Under the pieces are notes generated by a model, which searched no databases, was not told the DNA's origin, and was given only the letters and a program-made list of their open reading frames with translations. This document shows, piece after piece, positions 19,768 through 29,294 of a DNA stretch of 64,000 nucleotides (positions within the stretch are counted from its first letter, which is position 1; the number at the start of each line of letters is the position of its first letter). The DNA lies in the NCBI GenBank assembly GCA_964012805.1, contig CAXGUD010000009.1, forward strand, positions 1-64,000. Reading direction: 5' to 3'. This DNA is from an uncultured Bacteriovoracaceae bacterium. GTDB lineage: Bacteria > Bdellovibrionota > Bacteriovoracia > Bacteriovoracales > Bacteriovoracaceae. Position numbers and translations under genes: made by a program.

Positions 19768-19854
19768 TGGTGCTCGGGACTGGACTTGAACCAGCACAGC
19801 CTAAAGGCCACATGGCCCTCAACCATGCGTGTCTACCAATTTCACCACCCGAGC
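19768..19854 (-). tRNA. tRNA-Leu(GAG)
   Basis: Reverse complement GCTCGGGTGGTGAAATTGGTAGACACGCATGGTTGAGGGCCATG...GGTTCAAGTCCAGTCCCGAGCACCA; anticodon stem CATGG/CCATG with GAG, long variable arm, encoded CCA. Confidence 0.96.
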
Positions 19855-19955
19855 GGAATGATAAATAACGTAGAAAATTATGTACGAGGTTTCTATCAGT
19901 TTTTTAAAAAGCTGTCTATATAGTTTTTAAAATGCATAGCGCAAAATTCATCACA

Positions 19956-20276
19956 TCAGGATAGTCCGAGAAAAGATTCAAGCTCCCTTATATAGTATTT
20001 TAACCTTTTTTCGCTTTCTTCTAAACTTTCAAGAGAAGACTCAATTTCTAGTTCATAAATTGAAGAATCCTTCTCTTCGGAGCTCCTTCCATTATCCGAG
20101 TCAGGCGAAGCTTTATTTTTTTCAATTGTTGTTTGTGCCAGAATATTCACCTCTTTTTTTTCAGAAGGCCTCGTGCCCTCAGGGAAAAGTAAGATTTTAA
20201 CACCATCTACTGAAGCTGTTTTAAAACTTTGAGGTGCTTTACTCTTCTTAGATTCTTTGCCTATTGATCGTTTCAT
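19956..20276 (-). CDS. Hypothetical protein
   Basis: 106-aa ORF with C-terminal helical segment; no motif recognised. Confidence 0.55.
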   Translation of the reverse strand: MKRSIGKESKKSKAPQSFKTASVDGVKILLFPEGTRPSEKKEVNILAQTTIEKNKASPDSDNGRSSEEKDSSIYELEIESSLESLEESEKRLKYYIRELESFLGLS

Positions 20277-20493
20277 AGGTTTTTATTGTCTCAATTTCAT
20301 GTTCATTGGCCTTCAAAAGCCAAGTTCAACTACTATTCATTTACCCTACCGGATCGTCAGAATGAACTTACGTCTAAAATTATTTTTTTATCCCTAACAA
20401 CAATAAAAATTGAACATAAAAAAAATATGTCTTATTTGGCCATTAATTTCCCTGTTATAATGTCGATATTCCATGGAGTAGGAGGTTATCCCA

Positions 20494-20691
20494 ATGGCCA
20501 CTGACAAACCTGTAAAGTGTCTCAAATGTAAGTATTACTACAATACTTGGAATCCACAAAAACCTAGGGGTTGTAGGGTATTCGGATTTGAATCAGCAAG
20601 CATTCCCAGCTATGCCGTTAAAAGAGAGACAGGTAAAGAATGCGAAGCCTATAAGGAAAGGGAATCTAAACAAAAATCTTCTGGTTATTAG
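20494..20691 (+). CDS. Small four-Cys (putative metal-binding) protein
   Basis: CLKC...GC...EC pattern; strong GGAGG RBS upstream. Confidence 0.75.
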   Translation: MATDKPVKCLKCKYYYNTWNPQKPRGCRVFGFESASIPSYAVKRETGKECEAYKERESKQKSSGY

Positions 20692-20696
20692 GGTTA

Positions 20697-21878
20697 CTAG
20701 GGAGCTATATTTTTTTGAAGGCCTTCTTCTTCCCTTCCTTCCAAATGTAAAGACTTGCCCAGATCTAGATAACTTGGCCCTGGACACTCAATAATGGCCC
20801 CTCCCAAACAGACATCATCTTTATAAAAAACAATGCTTTGCCGAGGCGTTACCGCCCTTTGAGGCTCCTTAAAACTAATATGTAGGACACCATTTTCATT
20901 AATTTTATCAATCCTACACTCTTGGTCTTTTTGCCTATATCTTACTTTGGCCTTACAACTAAATGGAAGATCAAAAGGCTTTTCCCCAGTCACCCACGAT
21001 GCTTCAGAAGCTGTCAAAGTGTCTGTATAGAGAGCGGGGTGTTTTTCACCACGGCCCACATAGACAATATTTTTTTCAACATCTTTTTTAAGGACAAACC
21101 AAGGTTCTCCCGGTCCACCGAGGCCTAAACCTTTTCGTTGTCCAATTGTATAGTAAGATGAACCTGTATGCTCACCTACAACTTCTCCATCAAGAGTTTT
21201 AAAAGGGCCTTTTGTAAAGTGAATGTACTGACCTAAAAAGTTCTTGAAATTTCTCTCACCAATAAAGCAAATACCTGTACTATCCTTTTTATCTTTTGTA
21301 GAGAGGTCGTATTTTTTAGCAATCTCTCTAACTTCCCTCTTCTCTAAATCACCTATTGGAAATAAGACCTTCTCAAGAATAGAGCTTTTAATCGTATATA
21401 AAAAGTAACTCTGATCTTTTGAATTATCCCTTCCCTTTACAAGACGATTACTTTTATTCTGGCAATAATGTCCCGTAGCCAAAAAGTCTGCCCCCATTTC
21501 ATTAATTGCCTTTTCCAAAAAAACTTTAAACTTTATTTCTCGGTTACAAAGTATATCGGGATTTGGTGTATATCCATTTTCATACTCTTTAACGAAATCT
21601 TCGAAAACATTCTTTCTGTATTCTTCAATAAACTCAACGCTATAATAAGGAATGCCTATTTTTTCACAAACAGAAACAACATCTTTGTAGTCCTTGGATG
21701 CCTGACAATTACCGTTTTCATCTTTCTCATCCCAATTCTTCATAAAAAGGCCTATAACATTATAGCCTTGTTCTTTCAGGACAAGCGCGCTCACAGAGGA
21801 ATCAACACCTCCAGACATTCCTACTACCACAGTCTTGGTAGCATTTTCTTCTTTTTCCTTCTCAGTAAACTGTCTCAT
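20697..21878 (-). CDS. mnmA: tRNA 2-thiouridine(34) synthase MnmA (D-type)
   Basis: SGGVDSS, MKNW, TPNPDILCNREIKF, ATGHY, KDQSYFL, DSTGICFIG, TIGQRKGL, KVRYRQ. Confidence 0.95.
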   Translation of the reverse strand: MRQFTEKEKEENATKTVVVGMSGGVDSSVSALVLKEQGYNVIGLFMKNWDEKDENGNCQASKDYKDVVSVCEKIGIPYYSVEFIEEYRKNVFEDFVKEYENGYTPNPDILCNREIKFKVFLEKAINEMGADFLATGHYCQNKSNRLVKGRDNSKDQSYFLYTIKSSILEKVLFPIGDLEKREVREIAKKYDLSTKDKKDSTGICFIGERNFKNFLGQYIHFTKGPFKTLDGEVVGEHTGSSYYTIGQRKGLGLGGPGEPWFVLKKDVEKNIVYVGRGEKHPALYTDTLTASEASWVTGEKPFDLPFSCKAKVRYRQKDQECRIDKINENGVLHISFKEPQRAVTPRQSIVFYKDDVCLGGAIIECPGPSYLDLGKSLHLEGREEEGLQKNIAP

Positions 21879-22015
21879 AGGCCCTTTTTAACAAGTCTTT
21901 GACTTCATGGCAAAAAGGGAGGAACTTTTTAGAAAAAGTTTATAGGCTCCGGACCTGAAAAAGCACCCTTTTCGAACAAATAAAGGAGATGGGCTCCTGA
22001 AGCATTAAATAAATT

Positions 22016-22477
22016 TTATTGAAATAAAGACTGGTTGCGAGGAATGGAATCACAAATTTCTAGACCCTTCTCTAGCCGCTCCAGATATTGGGCAAAAACA
22101 ATAGAAAAAGTTTCCATAAGAGGGGCCAATACTTCCTTCATCCAAGAAGGCGCTTTTTGAAGAGTCAATTTTCTCTTGAGCTCTATGTTTTCAATAAAAA
22201 AAGAAAAAGTTTCATTTTCATCTTTTTCCCAGCCAAACCTATACAAGCTTAAAGAGTAATTTCTTGGGCCGACGGTCGGAGGAGTCTTCCTTCCAGCTTT
22301 CTCAAAAAGCTCCAAAAGGCTCAAAGAGAAAGGAATCTCTATTTGTGAATGCCGAAAGATCCTCTCCCAATAGAGGATTTCTCTGTTTAATTTATCATTT
22401 TTTAAAAAAACACCCTGATTATTAGTGTCACTAATAATGGCATCAACTTTTTCTAATAGGTCCTTTGGAAAGCCCAT
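22016..22477 (-). CDS. Hypothetical protein
   Basis: 153-aa ORF 12 bp downstream of the MnmA paralogue, same strand. Confidence 0.6.
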   Translation of the reverse strand: MGFPKDLLEKVDAIISDTNNQGVFLKNDKLNREILYWERIFRHSQIEIPFSLSLLELFEKAGRKTPPTVGPRNYSLSLYRFGWEKDENETFSFFIENIELKRKLTLQKAPSWMKEVLAPLMETFSIVFAQYLERLEKGLEICDSIPRNQSLFQ

Positions 22478-22489
22478 TTTGTGTCCTTA

Positions 22490-23755
22490 TTAAAAAGTAA
22501 CATCCTTCTCTTTTCGAGGGATTTTTAAAGACAGATCAAGCTCCACTTCACCTTGACCATATATTTCCTCTTCGATTTCTTCTGGGTCTGGAAGGGTACG
22601 GAACTTACCATTTTTGTCAAAGAAACCAAAGGAACTCAGCGTTCCGTTTCCAATAATTTTTGCCCCTGCTCCTAATCCATTATAAATAGCAACGTGAGTT
22701 CCTTTAACCAAAAGTCCGATGACTTCCTCCTGAAACCTCAAAACGACCGTATCATTGTTTTTAAAATAGAGGAAGCAAGGTCTCCTCTTTTCTAATTGAG
22801 CAAACTGAATAAAGACCTTAATTGGAGAAGATATATCATTGTCAGGGTCCTGCTTATAATTAACTACCTCACATATTGAATAACGGACGTTTTTAGTTTT
22901 ACTAATATAAACATTTTTGGTCTTTCTATCTATTTCAACGACCCTAGCATCTTCATCAATTTTTACTTCATCTAATGCTTCCACTTTATCTTGCCCTACG
23001 TAAAAATTATGTACTCCATTATGATCACCAATAGGTGCACCATCTTCAAAAATAAAAATTCCACCATTGTTAAGCATTCCGGGAGGAGCATTCTTTTCTA
23101 TATAATAGGAAAAGTTTTTTTCCTTCATAAAACAAAGGCGGTTTCTCTCGCCCTTTTTAACAAAAGGTATCCCTAGAGATTTGGCTATTTGTTCAACCTC
23201 GCTCCTTCTTATGTCGGCACAAGGCAAAAGCAAATTCTCGAGGTGCTTGCGTTCTAAGCCTGATAAGTAGTAAGACTGGTCCTGCTCCTTATCATTAGCT
23301 GAAATTAGTTGAAACTTCCCAGTTTTTATATTCTTTACAACTTTTGCATAATGCCCTGTCGCTATAAAGTCCGCTCCTAGCTTTTTCGACTTTTCAACAA
23401 GCAAATCAAACTTCAAAAGATTACAGTAGACACAAGGAGAAAAAGCTGTCCCTCCCAACCTTGCAGTCAAAACTCTATCAAGCACTTTTTCCTTAAAAAG
23501 ATGAGAGGCATTGACTCCATAATATGGTATTTCAAGCTTTTCGCAGACCTCCTGAATACTAGAAAGGCTTTTAGTCTGGCATGTCCCTAAGCATTCTTCC
23601 TCGGCCTTTTGAACTGTTACCTCTTTATAAAAATTAAATGTGACGCCAATTGGCTCTAACCCTTGCTTTTTTAATAAATAAGCTGCAACAGTAGAGTCCA
23701 CGCCTCCAGTCATCCCAACTACAACTTTTTTTCTATCTTTCCCTTTATTTACCAT
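22490..23755 (-). CDS. Divergent MnmA-like tRNA thiolase paralogue (CxxC + C type)
   Basis: TGGVDS PP-loop, SPCVYCN, ATGHYA, DQSYYL, RLCF; C-terminal domain divergent. Confidence 0.85.
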   Translation of the reverse strand: MVNKGKDRKKVVVGMTGGVDSTVAAYLLKKQGLEPIGVTFNFYKEVTVQKAEEECLGTCQTKSLSSIQEVCEKLEIPYYGVNASHLFKEKVLDRVLTARLGGTAFSPCVYCNLLKFDLLVEKSKKLGADFIATGHYAKVVKNIKTGKFQLISANDKEQDQSYYLSGLERKHLENLLLPCADIRRSEVEQIAKSLGIPFVKKGERNRLCFMKEKNFSYYIEKNAPPGMLNNGGIFIFEDGAPIGDHNGVHNFYVGQDKVEALDEVKIDEDARVVEIDRKTKNVYISKTKNVRYSICEVVNYKQDPDNDISSPIKVFIQFAQLEKRRPCFLYFKNNDTVVLRFQEEVIGLLVKGTHVAIYNGLGAGAKIIGNGTLSSFGFFDKNGKFRTLPDPEEIEEEIYGQGEVELDLSLKIPRKEKDVTF

Positions 23756-23955
23756 GAGGGATACTCCTTAAGCCTCTTATAAAGTTGAGTTCTACCTTAT
23801 AGTTTAAAAACTGGTTCAGGATTTGTTTCGCTACGAAAAATTATAACTTTTCCTTTTACGACAAACAAGATTGGCCTTGCTCGCCTAAAATGATTGACAT
23901 GACTCGTCTGTTAAAAAGATAATGTCGTCTTGTTAAAAATTATTTGGGTCACTTG

Positions 23956-25173
23956 ATGAGTAAGAGAGCAACACAACAAAAAGCAAAAAAGGAAAAATTA
24001 AACTTCTTGGATATTTTCTCAGGAGCAGGCGGACTTTCCTGTGGCTTAGAAATGGCTGGAATGAATTGTATTTTAGGCATTGAGTGCGATAAAAATGCAA
24101 TAAAAACCTTCGATCATAACCACAAAAATGCAACTACCTTTTGTGGCGACATACAAAATCTAACAAAGCCTGTCCTAAAAGAACTCATAGGAGGTCAAAA
24201 GGTCCATGCTGTTGTTGGTGGGCCCCCATGCCAGGGCTTTTCTACTGCAGGAGCTGGCGACCCCTTTGATCAAAGGAACTCTCTCTTCCTACAATTTGTT
24301 AAAATTGTTAGATACACACTCCCTAATTTTATTGTCATTGAAAATGTAACGGGACTTCTTGCCAAAAAAAATGAAAAAACATTGAAAGCCATTTTTTCTA
24401 AGTTTATCCCTTTAGGCTATAAAATGGGTGTGCAAGTACTCTCATCCCAACACTACGGAGTTCCAGAAAGACGCCGGCGCACAATTATTATTGGAACAAA
24501 GGTTAATGAAGCTCCCCTCTTTCCACTTCCGACTCATGATATAGAGAAAAATGGCCGCTACATTCCTCCCATTACAGTTGGAGAAGCTCTTTCTGACCTA
24601 AAAACCAGAAAGGGAGAAACCTTAAACCATGATCTTGGCTTAGCAACAATAACAAAGCCACTAGATAAAAAGAGGATAAAATGCATTCCTGAAGGGAAAG
24701 GAATCCGCTACAAAAAAGATGAAATGAAATACCTAAAACCAAGCCTTAGAATGGGTGTAGACTGGGATCAACTAAGAGAAAAAAGGTTCCGCCAAACCCG
24801 TTTACAAAGGCTGGATAGATCCTTGCCAAGCCCAACGATAATGACCCATCGTCATAGCTATTATCATCCAACAGAAGACCGGTTTCTTACACAACGAGAG
24901 GCTGCAAAATTTCAAAGCTTTCCTAATGATTTCCTCTTTTTTGGTCCACTAACATCCCAGTGGCGCCAAATAGGAAATGCAGTGCCACCACTAATGGGCA
25001 AAGCCATCGGCAAAACTCTTTTAAAGATGCACCAAAGCCAAATAAAAGAAGAAACAAATTTACACTCAAAAGCCTCCTTTTCCCAAAAAGGCGATAGTAA
25101 AAAGGCCATAAGTGATAGTATTACTCAGTTTAGAAAGAGGGCATTCATCTACAAGAAGAAGAAGAAGAAGTAA
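23956..25173 (+). CDS. DNA (cytosine-5) methyltransferase, orphan
   Basis: Motif I FSGAGG, IV GGPPCQGFS, VI ENV, VIII-like PERRRR, IX REAA..QSFP, X QIGNAVPP. Confidence 0.93.
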   Translation: MSKRATQQKAKKEKLNFLDIFSGAGGLSCGLEMAGMNCILGIECDKNAIKTFDHNHKNATTFCGDIQNLTKPVLKELIGGQKVHAVVGGPPCQGFSTAGAGDPFDQRNSLFLQFVKIVRYTLPNFIVIENVTGLLAKKNEKTLKAIFSKFIPLGYKMGVQVLSSQHYGVPERRRRTIIIGTKVNEAPLFPLPTHDIEKNGRYIPPITVGEALSDLKTRKGETLNHDLGLATITKPLDKKRIKCIPEGKGIRYKKDEMKYLKPSLRMGVDWDQLREKRFRQTRLQRLDRSLPSPTIMTHRHSYYHPTEDRFLTQREAAKFQSFPNDFLFFGPLTSQWRQIGNAVPPLMGKAIGKTLLKMHQSQIKEETNLHSKASFSQKGDSKKAISDSITQFRKRAFIYKKKKKK

Positions 25174-25220
25174 AAATTCTTTCCCTTGAAAACTTTTTGG
25201 ATGGGCCTTAAACTGAAAAT

Positions 25221-25607
25221 ATGAAACACAAAGTCCTAGTCGTAGATGACGAAGAATACATAAGACAAATTATCAAAGAGATCCTTACGGATGATTTATC
25301 ACTAGAAGTAGAAGTTGCACATAATGGCATGGATGGCCTTGTGTATGCTTCGGAGACAACCTACTCAATTATAATTACTGACATTAGAATGCCTAGGATG
25401 ACAGGCCTAGAGTTTGTGAGAACTCTTAGATCTCGTGAGATCCCAAATAAAAATACGCCGGTTATAATACTTTCCGCTTATTCAGACTCAATGAAGAAAG
25501 AAGTTGAGAGTATCCCTAATACAATTATAGCCGAAAAGCCCCTAGCAATTAGAAGTATTCTTGATACAGTTGAATCAATAATCAAAAAAGCAAATCAGCA
25601 AGGATAG
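25221..25607 (+). CDS. Single-domain response regulator
   Basis: VLVVDDE, ITDIRMPRMTG, LSA, EKP. Confidence 0.9.
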   Translation: MKHKVLVVDDEEYIRQIIKEILTDDLSLEVEVAHNGMDGLVYASETTYSIIITDIRMPRMTGLEFVRTLRSREIPNKNTPVIILSAYSDSMKKEVESIPNTIIAEKPLAIRSILDTVESIIKKANQQG

Positions 25608-25677
25608 TGTCCTCGCTGATCATAGAAAACCAACAATTATTCCAAGAAAAGCTCTCTAAGTTGCCGCTGAACACTTT

Positions 25678-28600
25678 TTACTCAAAAGCGTAGTCTACCT
25701 TTGGAACAGAAAACTGATCATCCTTAACAGTCTGAGAAAGGTTACTTCTATTTTGCGGAAATAAAGCCATAAGGTCTTCACTCCCTTCACCACGAACAAG
25801 ACTTAGATTCACGGCTTTCCCAGCAGGAACCTCAATGGTCTCTGGCATACCTCTATAGCTCATTGCTTGAATTGAAGGATCTATCTCATACCACTTTGTT
25901 TTATGGTCAGACAGATAATCATCCATTTCTACAGCGCTCCTACTCTCGTGAAGTGCCGATATTTTAATGGCCAATTTGCCCTGGTCATTTCTTTTTAAAA
26001 GAGAAAGATCTACCTCAACAATTCCAACAGTGGACTGCTCATAGAACTTCATCATTGAAATTCCCTCTAAGGCCTGCTGGTAGTTTTGGGATGTTTTAGG
26101 CTTTTTATCAGCGATATCTCTTTCAAACACCGCTCTTAGCTCCCTCGCTTTATTTGCATTAAGTAAAATCGAATAAAAACCATTAGGAATTTTTGAAAAC
26201 CCAGGCACATACATGTTCCTGGTTCCTACGAGCTCCTGATCAGCTTTATTGTCTCCGTTAGAGTCAATCTGAACATTTAGCTCACAATGATGCCAAGTTG
26301 TAAGAGGTCTATAAAGCTTAAAACCTACCTGAAGGAACTCTTTATCCTGCCCAGAAGAATTTCTTCTTACAATACGGTACCCAGCAGCTTGCAAATCACA
26401 AATATCACTTTTAGAAAGGCGGTTCCTATCTTTGATCGGCTTCCTCTCATCTTTGCCAAGGAGGTTAAAAATTAGGGCTTCACCTTTATTTTTTCCGCTA
26501 TTCTTTAAAGTCAGGTTTGCCATTGCCTCTTGAGAGTCAGCTTCAGAAGTTGATTGAATTAAAATATTTTCAACACCTATTCTTGAAACTCGTTGAGATA
26601 TACCCAAAAACGGAACTCTTGAAACCTCAACTTTCGTTTCACTATCAATGAGGAAGATAAAACCACTAAGTTCTTCGAAGTCAGAATCACCTTTAGGAGC
26701 CTCATAAACAAACTGAACCATAACTTTTTTCGTTTCACCTGGGTTTAAAGAAACACTTTCTGGCAAAACCAATTTAAGTCCTTTAGGAGTCTCAGATCCG
26801 AACTTAATTGTTTTAACTTTTTCACTAATATTTTTTACTTCTAAGGTTTTCACACCAACTTTTTTAGACTCAACTAAAATGTTCCCTAAAGAAAGGCCGT
26901 AAGGAAGGACAACAAGAGGAGTCGTTGCTGCTTTGTAGGTTTGAACTCTACCAGCACCCTGCATAGAAACAGGATAAACTTTCTTGTCCTTACTTGCTAA
27001 AGTTTTAGCAGTATTCATAAGAATACCTTTTAACTCTTTAGGTGAAAGATCTCCTCTATACTGTTTTAAAAGTGCCATAACCCCTGCAATATGAGGACCT
27101 GACATAGAAGTTCCACTAAAGGCAACTCCTAAATCTCCTTTACCAACAAAAGCTGAAACAATCGCTTCACCTGGAGCCGTAATTTCAGGCTTTATGAGTG
27201 AGTCAATGGATCTAGGACCTCTTGAAGAAAAGTTAGTTAAAGTATCAATTAACTCACTTTTGATTATTTTTTTATCTGATCTAAATTTCAAAGTCACCGG
27301 ACCTTTTTCCATTTCACCTTTAAGGATATCGCCCTGAGACTGAGAAATCATAATTGCCGGAAAGTCTACTTTGCCCTCTCCCCCCATCATTATTGGAGCT
27401 CCAGGCTTATTATTAACAACCAAAGCTCCATTCGCTCCAGCTTTAAAGGCCCTCTTAAGCTTGTCAACAAAGGATACCTTTCCTCTATCAATAACAGCAA
27501 CTTTTCCCTTCAATTGAGAAGACTCTTCTTCCGTAAAGTCCCGAGCTGCGTCTGCATTGTCTTTAATATAAACTAATTCAAGAGGGCTAGAATCACTGCT
27601 TCTTATTGGTCTAGAAATACTCCCTTGTACAACTTCAACAAGAAGTGAGAAACCTTCAACTCCTGCAAAAGAGGAGGCTTCAAACTCTATGTTATGAGTC
27701 ATGTTGTCCACTGAGGCAGCAACGCTAATCGCTTCATCGGAAGTACTTGGAGAGCCAACGATATAGGGTGAGTGACCAGCATTTCCTGCAGAGGCAACAA
27801 CAACTGTCCCTCCTTCAACTAAGTTTTTAACGGCTTCACGATATAAGCTATGCGGTTCCCCAAAGCCGCCACCCAAAGAGAGGTTAACAACATCAAGCTG
27901 ATCATCTAAATTCAAATCTCCGTTAGGGTCAGCCGCATACTCAAGCCCAGCTATAACAACTGTGTCACCTGTTGAGCCATTTTTACCAAAGACCTTTATC
28001 GCGTGTAACGAAGCATCTGGTGCAACCCCAGAATATGTTTTTGTCCCATCTCCAATTCCTGCAACAGTTCCAGCTACATGGGTACCATGACCACTTTCGT
28101 CAATTGGATTTTTATCCGGCTTAGGGATTCGATCTTGTGGATTTGGAGAAGACAAATTGTATGAGCTTCCAACTAGATCAATACCGCCAACAACTTTCTG
28201 ATTTGGAAATTGGTCACTAGGCAAACTTGGATCAACCTCTTTATAAGCTTCAACCGTTCCCACTCCGCCAAGCATAGAGTGTGTATAATCAATACCACTA
28301 TCGATTACACCTACCGACATTCCACGACCTCTAACAGCACTTTCTTCACCGTCAGAAGAAGTTACCTTTAAATTTTCATGGACCTTATGAGCATTTATGA
28401 ATCTTACTGAATTCTTTTCCTTAAGGTTCAAGAATTTATTCTCTGAATTATCTCCGTCTTTTGGGTCTACGGTTTTATTAATATACGCTCTAGCAAATCG
28501 CCCCTCTTTCTCTAAACTCTTTATATGTGGCAACTTAGAGAGCTTAGACTGTGTATCTGGGTCAACAAGTAAAGCGAAAGCGTTCAAAACCATTCTATAC

Positions 28601-28929
28601 TTGTAAATTACTTTGATATCTGGAGAGATTTCCTTAACTGCTTTTAAAAACGCTTCTTGCTCTTTCAAAAGAGCTTCTTTCGACCTCTCATCAACTTTAG
28701 TTACACCATTAACCCTTTTAGCGACAGTAAGAAGGGGAGGTGAAGTCAGTTTAAAAAGCTGAACTGACGCTGACCGTTTTTGAGGCCTAATTGAAATGAC
28801 GTCACCTGGAGTAAAAGTCGCATCGTCTTGAACTTGTTGAGGATTCCCACAAGAGTAGCCCAATACAAGACAGGATAGTAGTAAAGAAACTTTAAAAAAC
28901 TTTTTAAAATGAAATATTGTCAACATCAC
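25678..28929 (-). CDS. S8 (subtilisin/Vpr-like) serine peptidase with I9 prodomain and PA domain, probable lipoprotein
   Basis: VIDSGIDY, HGTHVAG, SAGNAG, SGTSMSGPHIAG; PA insert (DRGKVSFVDK); lipobox-like LGYSC. Confidence 0.92.
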   Translation of the reverse strand: MMLTIFHFKKFFKVSLLLSCLVLGYSCGNPQQVQDDATFTPGDVISIRPQKRSASVQLFKLTSPPLLTVAKRVNGVTKVDERSKEALLKEQEAFLKAVKEISPDIKVIYKYRMVLNAFALLVDPDTQSKLSKLPHIKSLEKEGRFARAYINKTVDPKDGDNSENKFLNLKEKNSVRFINAHKVHENLKVTSSDGEESAVRGRGMSVGVIDSGIDYTHSMLGGVGTVEAYKEVDPSLPSDQFPNQKVVGGIDLVGSSYNLSSPNPQDRIPKPDKNPIDESGHGTHVAGTVAGIGDGTKTYSGVAPDASLHAIKVFGKNGSTGDTVVIAGLEYAADPNGDLNLDDQLDVVNLSLGGGFGEPHSLYREAVKNLVEGGTVVVASAGNAGHSPYIVGSPSTSDEAISVAASVDNMTHNIEFEASSFAGVEGFSLLVEVVQGSISRPIRSSDSSPLELVYIKDNADAARDFTEEESSQLKGKVAVIDRGKVSFVDKLKRAFKAGANGALVVNNKPGAPIMMGGEGKVDFPAIMISQSQGDILKGEMEKGPVTLKFRSDKKIIKSELIDTLTNFSSRGPRSIDSLIKPEITAPGEAIVSAFVGKGDLGVAFSGTSMSGPHIAGVMALLKQYRGDLSPKELKGILMNTAKTLASKDKKVYPVSMQGAGRVQTYKAATTPLVVLPYGLSLGNILVESKKVGVKTLEVKNISEKVKTIKFGSETPKGLKLVLPESVSLNPGETKKVMVQFVYEAPKGDSDFEELSGFIFLIDSETKVEVSRVPFLGISQRVSRIGVENILIQSTSEADSQEAMANLTLKNSGKNKGEALIFNLLGKDERKPIKDRNRLSKSDICDLQAAGYRIVRRNSSGQDKEFLQVGFKLYRPLTTWHHCELNVQIDSNGDNKADQELVGTRNMYVPGFSKIPNGFYSILLNANKARELRAVFERDIADKKPKTSQNYQQALEGISMMKFYEQSTVGIVEVDLSLLKRNDQGKLAIKISALHESRSAVEMDDYLSDHKTKWYEIDPSIQAMSYRGMPETIEVPAGKAVNLSLVRGEGSEDLMALFPQNRSNLSQTVKDDQFSVPKVDYAFE

Positions 28930-29294
28930 TTATAGGCTCCTTCGTCCTCTTAAGAATTTAAAGCGAAACTCTTATAAAGGAATCGATCTCTTCAGTGGAT
29001 AAACTCGTCCGGGCCTTAAACCAAGATACTTACTTCCACGAAACAAGGTAACTTAACTCAAGGAGTAAGATTTTGAAAGTCCCGCTGAATCAAAGCACAA
29101 CAAAATGCAGACAGTCACAAGAAGTTCTTCTAGTAAAATCAGATAATTATACTTTTGTCTGCCAATCTATGATTTTTTAACACTGTTTAAATGATAAAAA
29201 AAGTCAAAAATTGGCCGTTTCCAAAGGCCATATGGAGACATTTTGACACCACTTATCTCCTTTACAGATAGGAGCTAAAGTCAGTTTAGGATGT

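Noticed and set aside
19559..19822. 87-aa minus-strand ORF
   Set aside because: Overlaps tRNA-Leu and the yqaE C-terminus; shadow ORF
9700..19854. Intact prophage or integrative element at tRNA-Leu
   Set aside because: No integrase, phage or transposase genes, and no visible duplicated tRNA 3' end
20494..20691. Uracil-DNA glycosylase label sometimes given to similar small Cys proteins
   Set aside because: 65 aa is too short and no UDG catalytic motifs are present
25153..25170. (AAG)6 microsatellite as a phase-variation switch in the C5 MTase
   Set aside because: A triplet repeat at the extreme 3' end; length changes would not shift the frame or affect the catalytic domain
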